Of a stretch of 25,893 bases of DNA, positions 7,904-17,174 are shown piece by piece. Each line of letters begins with the position of its first letter. Position 1 is the first letter of the stretch. The position numbers and the translations under genes were made by a program. Below the pieces are notes generated by a model. That model saw only the letters and a list, made by a program, of their open reading frames with translations. It did no database searches and was not told the DNA's origin. The stretch comes from a virus. The stretch is from UHGV virus genome UHGV-1613375; one strand, written 5' to 3'.

Positions 7904-9119
7904 TGCTCTGTTCAGAAGTAAATCACTGGAGAATCCTTCCACCCCGATAACCGGGGATGCCGTTGATACTGATGGGCTGTTCCGGGCAGACGTTTATGTC
8001 AGTCCTGAAACTGCGATGAAACTGGCTGCGGTGTATTCCTGTATCTATGTCCTGTCTTCCAGCCTTGCCCAGATGCCGTTGCATGTTATGCGCAGGCACA
8101 ATGGGAAGGTTGAGCCCGCACGCGATCATCCGGCGTTTTATCTGGTTCATGATGAGCCCAATACCTGGCAAACCAGTTACAAATGGCGCGAACTGAAGCA
8201 ACGTCACATCCTTGGCTGGGGAAATGGGTATACCTGGGTGAAACGTAATCGTCGCGGTGAAGTCATATCCCTGGATTGCTGTATGCCGTGGGAAACGACG
8301 CTGATGAATACTGGTGGCCGATACACCTACGGTTTGTACAACGAATATGGGGCGTTTGCGATCAGCCCCGACGATATGATCCACATCCGTGCGCTGGGTA
8401 ATAATCAGAAGATGGGGCTTAGTCCGATTATGCAACATGCCGAAACAATAGGCATGGGGATGAGCGGTCAGAAATACACAGAAAGCTTCTTCAGCGGTAA
8501 TGCCCGTCCGGCGGGGATAGTATCCGTTAAAAGCGGACTCAATAAGGACAGCTGGGGCTGGCTTAAAGATCAGTGGCAGAAGGCATCGCAGGCGTTACGC
8601 AGCCAGGAAAACAAAACCATGCTGCTGCCAGCCGATCTGGATTACAAGGCACTGACTGTGTCGCCAGTTGACGCTCAAATCATTGACATGATGAAACTGA
8701 ACCGTTCAATGATTGCCGGTATTTTCAATATTCCTGCGCACATGATTAATGACCTGGAAAAAGCCACATTTTCGAATATTACACAGCAGGCGATTCAGTT
8801 TGTTCGCTACACGATGATGCCCTGGGTTGCGAACTGGGAGCAGGAGCTTAACCGTCGCCTGTTTACCCGTACAGAACGGGCTGCCGGGTATTACGTTCGT
8901 TTCAACCTCACGGGGTTGCTCCGTGGGACCCCACAGGAGCGTGCGCAGTTCTATCACTTTGCCATTACAGATGGCTGGATGAGCCGGAATGAAGCGAGGG
9001 CATTTGAGGACATGAACCCGGTTGATGGTCTGGATGAAATGCTGGTCAGCGTAAATGCAGCAAATCCGTTGAATGATTTTAAAGATACGAAAGGCAAAGA
9101 GGAAAAGAACGATGAATGA
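7893..9119 (+). CDS. Portal protein (HK97 family)
   Basis: 408 aa after the terminase; N-terminal LLDALFRS...AMKLAAVYSCI...HVMRR resembles HK97-family portals. Start is probably GTG at 7893. Confidence 0.85.
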   Translation: MLLDALFRSKSLENPSTPITGDAVDTDGLFRADVYVSPETAMKLAAVYSCIYVLSSSLAQMPLHVMRRHNGKVEPARDHPAFYLVHDEPNTWQTSYKWRELKQRHILGWGNGYTWVKRNRRGEVISLDCCMPWETTLMNTGGRYTYGLYNEYGAFAISPDDMIHIRALGNNQKMGLSPIMQHAETIGMGMSGQKYTESFFSGNARPAGIVSVKSGLNKDSWGWLKDQWQKASQALRSQENKTMLLPADLDYKALTVSPVDAQIIDMMKLNRSMIAGIFNIPAHMINDLEKATFSNITQQAIQFVRYTMMPWVANWEQELNRRLFTRTERAAGYYVRFNLTGLLRGTPQERAQFYHFAITDGWMSRNEARAFEDMNPVDGLDEMLVSVNAANPLNDFKDTKGKEEKNDE

Positions 9120-9711
9120 CCGTGAGACGCGCTGTTACAGCGGGGAAGTGCGGGCAGAACAATATGATAATGCCCCGACCCACATTCTGGGGTATGGCTC
9201 GGTATTTAACAGTCGTTCAGAACCTCTGTGGGGATTTCGTGAAATCATCAAGCCGGGGGCTTTTGACGATGTACTGAATGATGATGTACGTGGCTTGTTT
9301 AATCATGATCCTAATTTCATTCTCGGACGAAGTTCTGCCGGCACGTTGTCATTGTCGGTGGATGAACGCGGTTTACGTTATGACATTGTTGCACCGGATA
9401 CTCCGACTATTTGTGACCTGGTGCTGTCTCCAATGTTGCGTGGTGACATTAATCAGTCCTCGTTCGCGTTTCGTGTCGCCCGTGACGGAGAGAGCTGGTA
9501 TGAAGACGACGAGGGGATTGTTATCCGGGAAATCACGCGCATTTCTCGTCTGTATGATGTCAGCCCGGTGACATATCCGGCCTATCAGGACGCAGACTCT
9601 GGTGTCCGCTCAATGAAAGCCTGGCAGGAAGCGCGGGCGAGTGGTGCGCTGAAGAAAGCTGTTAACGAACGAATGGCGCGTGAGCGCCTTTTGACCCTTC
9701 TTAATGCATAA
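9112..9711 (+). CDS. Prohead maturation protease (HK97 family)
   Basis: ATG at 9112 overlaps the portal stop. Size and position match the HK97 protease; motifs HILGYGS, FNHD. Confidence 0.8.
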   Translation: MNDRETRCYSGEVRAEQYDNAPTHILGYGSVFNSRSEPLWGFREIIKPGAFDDVLNDDVRGLFNHDPNFILGRSSAGTLSLSVDERGLRYDIVAPDTPTICDLVLSPMLRGDINQSSFAFRVARDGESWYEDDEGIVIREITRISRLYDVSPVTYPAYQDADSGVRSMKAWQEARASGALKKAVNERMARERLLTLLNA

Positions 9712-9725
9712 GGATACTACTGACG

Positions 9726-10943
9726 ATGAAACTTCATGAGATGAAGCAAAAACGAAACACCATTGCAAAGGATATGCGTGCACTGCATGAAAAAATTGGT
9801 GATAACGCATGGACTGATGAGCAGCGGGCAGAGTGGAACAGGGCGAAAGCTGAGCTGGATGCGCTGGATGAGCAAATCGCCCGTGAAGAAGAGTTGCGCC
9901 GTCAGGATCAGGAATATGTGGATGAGTCCGGGCCGGAAGAGCGCCAGAATAATGAGGCGGAGAACGGGAAAAAGGCGGTGGAAGAGAAGCGCGCTGCGGC
10001 ATTTAACCGTTTTCTGCGTGCCGGATTTGCAGAACTGAATGCTGAAGAGCGTAATCTGATGCGTGAACTGAGGGCTCAGAGTGTAACAACGGATTCTCAG
10101 GGCGGATATACGGTGCCCACGCAGATGCGTAACAAAATCATTGACACCATGAAGGCTTATGGCGGGATTGCCAGTGTGGCGCAACTTCTGACCACATCAA
10201 CCGGGCAGGATATCACCTGGTCAACGTCTGATGGCACGACTGAAGAGGGCGAACTGCTGGCGGAAAATACAGCCGCAACGGAACAGGATGTGACGTTCGG
10301 GACCGCTATTCTGGGGGCTAAAAAGCTGTCATCAAAAATAATTCGTGTGTCCAATGAGCTGCTCCAGGACAGTGGGGTGGATATTGAATCTTATCTGGCA
10401 AACCGTATTGCCCAGCGTATTGGTCGTGGAGAGGCGAAATATCTGGTTCAGGGGACCGGAACTGGATCACCGTTACAGCCAAAAGGGCTGGCAGCGTCGG
10501 TGACGGGAACCATCCAGACTGCAGCCTCTGCCGCTTTCACCTGGAAAGAAATGAATGCTCTGAAACATGCCATTGATCCGGCATATCGTGGTGGGCCGAA
10601 ATACCGCTGGGCATTCAATGATGCCACATTGCAAACTATTGAAGAGATGGAGGATGGACAGAAACGCCCGTTATGGCTGCCGGATATTGCAGGCGGTACG
10701 CCAGCTACTGTGCTGGGGATCCCTTATGTTATTGATCAGGCTATTGACGGGATTGGTACCGGAAAAAAATTCATTTTCCTGGGGGATTTCAACCGCTTTA
10801 TCATTCGCCGCGTTACTTATATGGAACTGAAACGTCTGGTTGAGCGTTATGCTGAGTTTGATCAGGTGGCATTTCTGGCTTTCCATCGTTTTGACTGTGT
10901 GCTGGAAGATGTGGCAGCCATCAAGGCGCTCACTGGAAAATAA
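9726..10943 (+). CDS. Major capsid protein (HK97 fold) with N-terminal coiled-coil delta domain
   Basis: 405 aa; charged, coiled-coil-like N-terminal ~100 aa followed by a capsid-like body; followed by a strong terminator. Confidence 0.85.
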   Translation: MKLHEMKQKRNTIAKDMRALHEKIGDNAWTDEQRAEWNRAKAELDALDEQIAREEELRRQDQEYVDESGPEERQNNEAENGKKAVEEKRAAAFNRFLRAGFAELNAEERNLMRELRAQSVTTDSQGGYTVPTQMRNKIIDTMKAYGGIASVAQLLTTSTGQDITWSTSDGTTEEGELLAENTAATEQDVTFGTAILGAKKLSSKIIRVSNELLQDSGVDIESYLANRIAQRIGRGEAKYLVQGTGTGSPLQPKGLAASVTGTIQTAASAAFTWKEMNALKHAIDPAYRGGPKYRWAFNDATLQTIEEMEDGQKRPLWLPDIAGGTPATVLGIPYVIDQAIDGIGTGKKFIFLGDFNRFIIRRVTYMELKRLVERYAEFDQVAFLAFHRFDCVLEDVAAIKALTGK

Positions 10944-10963
10944 CCACTCGTTGTTCAGTTACA

Positions 10964-10987
10964 GACCGCGCCGACGCGGTTTTTTTA
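10964..10987 (+). terminator. Rho-independent terminator after the major capsid gene
   Basis: ACCGCG(10965-10970) / CGCGGT(10975-10980), loop CCGA, then TTTTTT. A second 7-bp hairpin GCCCGCA / TGCGGGC (10989-11008) sits just before the SD AGGAGG of the next gene. Confidence 0.75.
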
Positions 10988-11020
10988 TGCCCGCACAGTG
11001 TTGCGGGCACAGGAGGTTTT

Positions 11021-11344
11021 ATGCTGTTAAAAATGGAAGAGATTAAGCTTCAGCTTCGTCTGGATGATGATTTCTCTGATGAAGATGAGTTGCTTGAACT
11101 ACTTGGGAAGGCCGCTCAGAGTCGGACGGAAAACTTCCTTAACCGTACGTTGTATGCAACCGCAGATGACAGGCCTGCGGATGATCCTGATGGGCTTGTG
11201 ATATCTGATGATGTGAAGCTGGCGCTCCTGCTACTTGTCAGCCATTTCTACGAAAACCGCTCAACGGTTACAGACGTTGAGAAAATGGAGTTGCCAATGA
11301 GCTTTAACTGGTTGGTTGCTCCTTATCGCCTTATACCACTATGA
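11021..11344 (+). CDS. Head-tail connector protein (gp6-like)
   Basis: 107-aa acidic protein directly after the capsid gene; SD AGGAGG at 11011-11016. Confidence 0.6.
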   Translation: MLLKMEEIKLQLRLDDDFSDEDELLELLGKAAQSRTENFLNRTLYATADDRPADDPDGLVISDDVKLALLLLVSHFYENRSTVTDVEKMELPMSFNWLVAPYRLIPL

Positions 11345-11751
11345 AAATTCGTCAGGCGCAGACCAGCGCAACCTACATTCTGCCTGACCCTGGCGAGCTG
11401 AATAAACGCGTCCTGATCCGCCAGCGGGTGGATATGCCCGCGGATAACTTTGGCGTGGAGCCTCAATACCCGGTTGCGTTCCGGGCATGGGCGAAGGTTA
11501 TCCAGACCAGTGCCACCACCTGGCAGGAAACCGCGCAGATCGGAGACGCCATCACCCATTACATCACCATTCGCTACCGCCGGGGGATCACTGCTGATTA
11601 TGAGGTGGTCTGTGATGACAGTGTGTACCGGGTGAAACGTCAGCGCGATCTGAACGGGGCGCGGCGCTTTCTGCTGCTGGAGTGTACGGAACTGGGCGAA
11701 TTTACGCAGAGTCACGGAGGCAGCAATGGCGACTCCCTTTTTTCACGTTGA
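11341..11751 (+). CDS. Head closure / head-tail adaptor protein
   Basis: ATGA overlap with the upstream gene; ~130 aa with an ITIRYRRGIT...YRV pattern reminiscent of the head-tail adaptor family (recalled). Confidence 0.6.
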   Translation: MKIRQAQTSATYILPDPGELNKRVLIRQRVDMPADNFGVEPQYPVAFRAWAKVIQTSATTWQETAQIGDAITHYITIRYRRGITADYEVVCDDSVYRVKRQRDLNGARRFLLLECTELGEFTQSHGGSNGDSLFSR

Positions 11752-12232
11752 TGTTCAGCAGCCCGCGGAGATGCGCTTTAACCGCGCCCGTGTCCGGCGG
11801 GCGTTTGTCACGATTGGGCAGCGTCATATGCGTGATGCCCGTCGGCTGGTGATGCGCCGTGCGCGGTCGGCACCGGGTGAAAACCCCGGTTATCAGACCG
11901 GACGCCTGGCTCGTTCGATTGGTTACATGGTGCCGAGAGCCAGTAAAAAGCGAGCCGGTTTTATGACACGCATTGCCCCTAACCAGCGCAACGGTAAGGG
12001 GAACCGGATGATCTCTGGTGACTTCTATCCGGCGTTTCTGTTTTTTGGTGTCCGGGGAGGAGCAAAACGTCGTCGTAGTCATCATCGTGGTGCATCCGGT
12101 GGCAGCGGCTGGCGGCTGGCTCCACGTAATAACTTTATGGTGGAAACGCTTGAAAAGAACCGCAGCTGGACACGCTATTTTCTGGCGCGGGAATTGCGTA
12201 AATCACTGAAGCCGGAGCGACGACACAGATGA
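11726..12232 (+). CDS. Tail completion protein (HK97 gp10-like)
   Basis: SD GGAGG at 11715-11719; 168-aa basic protein in the neck-gene position. Confidence 0.55.
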   Translation: MATPFFHVDVQQPAEMRFNRARVRRAFVTIGQRHMRDARRLVMRRARSAPGENPGYQTGRLARSIGYMVPRASKKRAGFMTRIAPNQRNGKGNRMISGDFYPAFLFFGVRGGAKRRRSHHRGASGGSGWRLAPRNNFMVETLEKNRSWTRYFLARELRKSLKPERRHR

Positions 12233-12789
12233 AACTGACGCCTGTTATTGCTGCGCTGCGTGTCCGCTGCCCGTATTTTGAAAACCGGGTGGCAGGCGCG
12301 GCCCAGTTCAAAAATCTGCCGGAGGTCGGAAAGCTGAAACTCCCGGCGGCGTATGTGGTACCGGGGGATGATTCTCCGGGAGAAAACAAAAGCCAGACCG
12401 ACTACTGGCAGGAGCTGAAAGAGGGCTTCTCCGTGGTTGTCATACTGAGTAACGGGCGTGATGAGCGCGGTCAGTTTGCCTCGTATGATGTGGTGGACGA
12501 TGTCCGGCAGATGCTCTTTAAGGCCCTGCTGGGCTGGAACCCGGAAGCGTGCGGTAACCCGATTACCTATGACGGCGGCACGCTGCTGGATCTGAATCGT
12601 CATGAGCTGATTTATCAGTTCGATTTTTCGGTCATCAGCGAGCTGACTGAAGACGATACCCGCCAGCTGGATGATCTGAACAGTCTGGATGAACTGCAAA
12701 CGCTGGCGATTGATGTTGATTATCTCGATCCCGGTAACGGGCCTGACGGCGATATCGAACATCACACCGAAATAACCCTTCCTTCCTGA
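12229..12789 (+). CDS. Putative tail terminator / neck protein
   Basis: ATGA overlap with the upstream gene; 186 aa, last neck-position gene before the sheath. Function inferred from position only. Confidence 0.4.
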   Translation: MKLTPVIAALRVRCPYFENRVAGAAQFKNLPEVGKLKLPAAYVVPGDDSPGENKSQTDYWQELKEGFSVVVILSNGRDERGQFASYDVVDDVRQMLFKALLGWNPEACGNPITYDGGTLLDLNRHELIYQFDFSVISELTEDDTRQLDDLNSLDELQTLAIDVDYLDPGNGPDGDIEHHTEITLPS

Positions 12790-12797
12790 GGATCCTC

Positions 12798-12968
12798 ATG
12801 TTTGTCAAACCTGTTAAAGGGCGGTCAGTGCCTGACCCTGCCCGCGGCGACCTTTTGCCCGCCGAAGGGCGAAATGTTGACGAGAACAACTACTGGCTGC
12901 GTCGTGAAGCAGCGGGTGATATCCGGCGCGTGAATAAAAAGGTGAACACCGATGACGATAAGCTTTAA
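12798..12968 (+). CDS. Small ORF (56 aa) immediately upstream of and overlapping the sheath gene
   Basis: SD GAGGA at 12788-12792, 5 nt before the ATG. Encodes MFVKPVKGRSVPDPARGDLLPAEGRNVDENNYWLRREAAGDIRRVNKKVNTDDDKL and overlaps the sheath start by 17 nt. Below the track's size cutoff. Confidence 0.4.
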   Translation: MFVKPVKGRSVPDPARGDLLPAEGRNVDENNYWLRREAAGDIRRVNKKVNTDDDKL

Positions 12969-14448
12969 CACCATTCCGTCGAATACGCTGGTTCCGCTGT
13001 TTTATGCGGAAATGGATAACCAGGCGGCGAATACTGCACAGGACAGCGGAGCATCGCTGCTGATTGGTCATGCCAATAACGGTGCAGAGATTGTTGCCAA
13101 CAGTCTGGTGCTGATGCCGTCGGCAGACTATGCACGCCAGATTTGTGGTGCGGGAAGTCAGCTGGCGCGTATGGTCGAGGCTTATCGCCAGACTGACCCG
13201 TTTGGCGAGCTGTATGTGATTGCCGTTCCGGAAGCCACAGGCGCGGCGGCAACGGTTACGCTGACGGTGACCGGGGAGGCAACCGAAACCGGCACGGTGA
13301 ATGTTTATGTGGGACGTACCCGCGTGCAGGCACCGGTGACCAACGGCGATAACGTCGCGACGATTGCCAGCAGTATCAAAGATGCCATCAATGCCGTTCC
13401 GACCCTGCCGTTTACTGCCTCATCTTCGGCAGGCGTGGTCACACTGACCGCGCGTCATAAGGGGCTTTGCGGGAATGAAATTCCTGTCAGCCTCAATTAC
13501 TACGGCTTTGGTGGGGGCGAAGTGCTGCCAGCGGGCGTACAGATTGCCGTGGCGACGGGGAACGCCGGAACGGGCGCTCCTGTTCTCACCGGCGCGGTGG
13601 CTGCAATGGCGGATGAGCCGTTTGATTATATCGGCCTGCCGTTCAACGACACGGCCTCCGTTAACACGCTGGTGACCGAGATGAACGATACCAGCGGTCG
13701 CTGGAGCTATGCGCGTCAGCTGTATGGTCATGTGTATACGGCAAAGATCGGCACGCTGTCAGAACTGGTGACCGCAGGTGACCAGTTTAACCAGCAGCAC
13801 ATTACCCTGGCGGGGTACGAAAAAGAGACCCAGACGCCTGCCGACGAGCTGGCGGCAAGCCGTACCGCCCGCGCAGCGGTGTTTATTCGCAACGATCCGG
13901 CACGTCCCACGCAGACCGGTGAGCTGGTGGGTATGCTGCCTGCGCCGAAGGGGAAACGGTTCACGATGACCGAACAACAGACCCTGCTGTCTCATGGCGT
14001 GGCAACGGCGTATGTCGAAAGCGGGGTGCTGCGCATTCAGCGTGATGTCACCACGTACAGGAAAAACGCTTACGGTGTTGCGGATAACAGCTACCTCGAC
14101 AGCGAGACGCTGCATACCAGCGCGTATGTGCTGCGCAAACTGAAATCCGTCATTACCAGTAAGTACGGGCGTCACAAGCTTGCCAGCGACGGTACCCGCT
14201 TTGGTCCCGGTCAGGCGATTGTCACCCCGGCGGTGATCAAAGGGGAACTGCTGGCAACCTACCGTCAGCTTGAGCGTGCGGGGATCGTGGAAAACTACGA
14301 ACTGTTTAAGCAGTACCTGGTTGTGGAGCGTGATGCCAGCGATCCGAACCGCCTGAACACGCTGTTCCCGCCTGACTATGTTAACCAGTTGCGTGTCTTT
14401 GCCGTGGTTAACCAGTTCCGTCTTCAGTATTCAGAGGAGTCTGCATAA
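12952..14448 (+). CDS. Tail sheath protein (Mu gpL-like)
   Basis: 498 aa, the size and position of a contractile-tail sheath, immediately followed by the tube gene with a TAATG overlap. Confidence 0.8.
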   Translation: MTISFNTIPSNTLVPLFYAEMDNQAANTAQDSGASLLIGHANNGAEIVANSLVLMPSADYARQICGAGSQLARMVEAYRQTDPFGELYVIAVPEATGAAATVTLTVTGEATETGTVNVYVGRTRVQAPVTNGDNVATIASSIKDAINAVPTLPFTASSSAGVVTLTARHKGLCGNEIPVSLNYYGFGGGEVLPAGVQIAVATGNAGTGAPVLTGAVAAMADEPFDYIGLPFNDTASVNTLVTEMNDTSGRWSYARQLYGHVYTAKIGTLSELVTAGDQFNQQHITLAGYEKETQTPADELAASRTARAAVFIRNDPARPTQTGELVGMLPAPKGKRFTMTEQQTLLSHGVATAYVESGVLRIQRDVTTYRKNAYGVADNSYLDSETLHTSAYVLRKLKSVITSKYGRHKLASDGTRFGPGQAIVTPAVIKGELLATYRQLERAGIVENYELFKQYLVVERDASDPNRLNTLFPPDYVNQLRVFAVVNQFRLQYSEESA

Positions 14449-14804
14449 TGGCCCGTATCGGGGGAACCTGTTATTTCAAAATTGACGGTCAGCAGCTATC
14501 GCTGACCGGCGGCATTGAGGTGCCCATGAACAGGACGGTAAATGATGACATCATCGGCCTGGACGGTTCAGTGGACCGCAAGGAAACTCACCGTGCACCT
14601 TATGTCAAAGGGACCTTCAAGGTGCCGAAGAATTTTCCGGTGAGCAAAATCACCTCGTCTGATGAGATGACCATCACTGCCGAGCTGGCGAACGGTCAGG
14701 TCTATGTATTGTCGTCTGCCTGGCTGCACGGTGAAGCGAACCATAATGCCGAAGAAGGCACGGTTGATCTTGAGTTCCACGGTGAAGAAGGGGATTACCA
14801 GTGA
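14448..14804 (+). CDS. Tail tube protein (Mu gpM-like)
   Basis: 118 aa directly after the sheath. Confidence 0.7.
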   Translation: MARIGGTCYFKIDGQQLSLTGGIEVPMNRTVNDDIIGLDGSVDRKETHRAPYVKGTFKVPKNFPVSKITSSDEMTITAELANGQVYVLSSAWLHGEANHNAEEGTVDLEFHGEEGDYQ

Positions 14805-15124
14805 TTGAGCTTGTACTTAAAAAACCGATCATCGCCCACAAAGAAACACTGCATGTGCTGGAAATACGTGAGCCTACGTATGACGAGATTGAGGCGCTGG
14901 GGTTCCCTTTCTCTGTTTCGCCTGATGGTGGTATGAAAATGGACAGTCAGGTGGCGCTGAAATATATCCCGCTTCTGGCCGGGATCCCGCGCTCGTCTGC
15001 AGCGCAGATGACGAAGCTGGATATTTTCAAGGCAGGCATGATTGTAATGCGTTTTTTTACCGGCTTGGAGACGGAAGAGACCTCCGGAAGCGATTCTACA
15101 ATGTCGCGTGGTTCTGGAAATTAA
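14801..15124 (+). CDS. Tail assembly chaperone (0-frame product); probable -1 frameshift extension to 15216
   Basis: GTG start overlapping the tube stop; 107 aa between tube and tape measure. A TTTTTTT run at 15052-15058 and an open -1 frame through 15216 give the classic chaperone G/GT arrangement. Confidence 0.65.
   Translation: MIELVLKKPIIAHKETLHVLEIREPTYDEIEALGFPFSVSPDGGMKMDSQVALKYIPLLAGIPRSSAAQMTKLDIFKAGMIVMRFFTGLETEETSGSDSTMSRGSGN
15052..15058 (+). other. Candidate -1 programmed ribosomal frameshift slippery heptamer T_TTT_TTT
   Basis: Zero-frame codons CGT TTT TTT ACC. The -1 frame is open from 14884 to the TGA at 15214-15216, giving the fusion tail ...FFYRLGDGRDLRKRFYNVAWFWKLNPLELRRTAISHFADLEAEAVRINEEMKHG. 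Confidence 0.5.
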
Positions 15125-15208
15125 ACCCCCTTGAACTTCGCAGGACGGCTATTTCCCACTTTGCTGATCTGGAGGCAGAGGCCGTCCGTATAAATGAGGA
15201 GATGAAGC

Positions 15209-17110
15209 ATGGCTGATAATTTTCAGCTGAAAGCCATCATCACCGCCGTTGACAGGCTGTCCGGCCCGCTTAAAGGTATGCAGCGTCAGCTTAAGGGGTT
15301 TCAGAAAGAAGTCTCCAGCCTTGCTCTGGGCGCTGCCGGGGCGGGTACTGCAATAATGGGGGCACTGGCACTCCCTGTAAAATCAGCCATCACCCTTGAA
15401 TCGAAGATGGCTGATGTCCGCAAAGTGGTGGACGGTCTGGATACGCCGGATGCGTTTAAGGCCATGACGGAGCAGGTACGCGCTTTGTCTACTGAGCTTC
15501 CCATGTCTGCAGACGGGATCGCGGAAATTGTGGCGGCTGGCGGTCAGGCCGGGATTGCACGTGATGAACTGATGCAGTTTGCCACTGATGCGGTGAAGAT
15601 GGGCGTGGCCTTTGATACCACGGCTGAAGAGTCCGGGCAGATGATGGCCCAGTGGCGTACTGCGTTTAATATGACGCAGGATGAAGTGGCTGGGCTGGCT
15701 GACAAAATCAACTACCTTGGTAATACCGGCCCGGCGAATGCGAAGAAAATCTCCGATATTGTTACGCGTATTGGTCCTTTAGGTGGTGTTGCAGGTGTGG
15801 CTTCCGGCGAAATCGCGGCAATGGGGGCAACCATTGCCGGGATGGGCGTGGAGTCAGAAATTGCCGCCACAGGGATCAAGAACTTCATGCTTTCCCTGAC
15901 CGCGGGAAATTCAGCGACAAAATCGCAGAAACAGGCATTACGTTTTCTGCGGATCAATCCGAAGAAATTAGCTGCTGATATGCAGAAAGATGCCCGGGGA
16001 ACCATGCTGTCTGTACTGGATGCGATGGCTAAAGTGCCTAAAGAAAAACAGGCAGCTGTGCTGAATGCCCTGTTCGGGAAAGAGTCTCTGGGCGCGATAG
16101 CACCTCTGCTGACTAACCTTGATTTGTTGCGTACCAACTTCAGGCGGGTTGCGGATTCCCAGCAGTATGGCAGTTCGATGCAGAAGGAATATGCTTCGAG
16201 GGCAGCGACGACGGAAAACCAGCTTTTACTTCTGCAAAATCAACTTGATGCCATTTCTTCCACTCTGGGGGAAACGTTTCTTCCTGAGGTTAATGATGGT
16301 CTTGAAGCGGTAAAACCGCTCCTTGAGGAAGTGAGAACGTTTGTCCGTGAAAACCCGGAGCTCGTTAAGACCATTGCTAAAATCGGTCTGGCTTTACTGA
16401 CAGTGGGGGCCGCTGCAGGCTCTTTGTCCAGAATCATGAAAGTTCTCGGCGGTGTGATGAATATGACGCCTGCTAAGGGTCTGATTGCTCTTCTGGTCGG
16501 TGCCGCTTACCTCATTATTGATAACTGGGAAACCGTAGGTCCTGTCATAAAAAAAGTCTGGCGCGTGGTGGATGAAACGGCGCAGGCGATGGGGGGATGG
16601 GAAACTGTTCTGAAAGCGATCGCCCTGTTTATGACAACCAAATGGGTTGCTGACGTTACCAAATCCATTACCGCAGTGACCAGAGAGATGCGTACGCTGG
16701 GGAAGGTGTCGGCAGAAACGGGATTGATGGGGAAAGGCCGCGGCTTTATCGGGAAGGCCGGGGTATATGGTTTTCTGGGAACCCTGATGTATGAGCCGGT
16801 TAAAGATACTCTGGAAAGTGTTGTTCCTGAAGATACAGTTAACTGGCTGGATAATAAAGGGCTGTTTCTGGCTTCAGACTGGACGCCTTTTTTTGATCGT
16901 AAAGAGTACGAGCAGTATCAGGCCAGCCTGAGTCAGTACAAACCCAATGTTCCGCTGTTGAATCCATCTTCTTCCATGACACAGCACAGCGAACTGAAAG
17001 TCACGTTCGAGAATGCTCCGCCAGGCATGAAGATAATTGATGTACCGGGCAAAGCCGATCCCCTGATGAAAATCACGCACGATGTGGGGTATTCTCCATT
17101 CAGGCGATAA
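15209..17110 (+). CDS. Tail tape measure protein
   Basis: 633 aa with Ala/Gly-rich helical and hydrophobic segments, located after the chaperone; SD GAGGAG upstream. Confidence 0.85.
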   Translation: MADNFQLKAIITAVDRLSGPLKGMQRQLKGFQKEVSSLALGAAGAGTAIMGALALPVKSAITLESKMADVRKVVDGLDTPDAFKAMTEQVRALSTELPMSADGIAEIVAAGGQAGIARDELMQFATDAVKMGVAFDTTAEESGQMMAQWRTAFNMTQDEVAGLADKINYLGNTGPANAKKISDIVTRIGPLGGVAGVASGEIAAMGATIAGMGVESEIAATGIKNFMLSLTAGNSATKSQKQALRFLRINPKKLAADMQKDARGTMLSVLDAMAKVPKEKQAAVLNALFGKESLGAIAPLLTNLDLLRTNFRRVADSQQYGSSMQKEYASRAATTENQLLLLQNQLDAISSTLGETFLPEVNDGLEAVKPLLEEVRTFVRENPELVKTIAKIGLALLTVGAAAGSLSRIMKVLGGVMNMTPAKGLIALLVGAAYLIIDNWETVGPVIKKVWRVVDETAQAMGGWETVLKAIALFMTTKWVADVTKSITAVTREMRTLGKVSAETGLMGKGRGFIGKAGVYGFLGTLMYEPVKDTLESVVPEDTVNWLDNKGLFLASDWTPFFDRKEYEQYQASLSQYKPNVPLLNPSSSMTQHSELKVTFENAPPGMKIIDVPGKADPLMKITHDVGYSPFRR

Positions 17111-17139
17111 TAACCCTACTTTAATCAAGTAGGGTTATT
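17109..17139 (+). other. Perfect 12-bp inverted repeat (hairpin) overlapping the tape-measure stop codon
   Basis: AATAACCCTACT(17109-17120) / AGTAGGGTTATT(17128-17139) with 7-nt loop TTAATCA; no clean T-run follows. Marks the upstream boundary of the third AT-rich insertion. Confidence 0.6.
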
Positions 17140-17174
17140 GAGTGGTAAAGTTTGTGCTGAATGTAGGAGAGAAT

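Noticed and set aside
7923-8438. 171-aa minus-strand ORF inside the portal gene
   Set aside because: Antisense to the portal ORF, no start context, composition consistent with reverse-frame noise.
12175-12765. 196-aa minus-strand ORF opposite the putative tail terminator gene
   Set aside because: The + strand ORF fits the operon (ATGA coupling to the upstream gene). The minus-strand product is low-complexity and Ile/Gln-rich, typical of an antisense frame.
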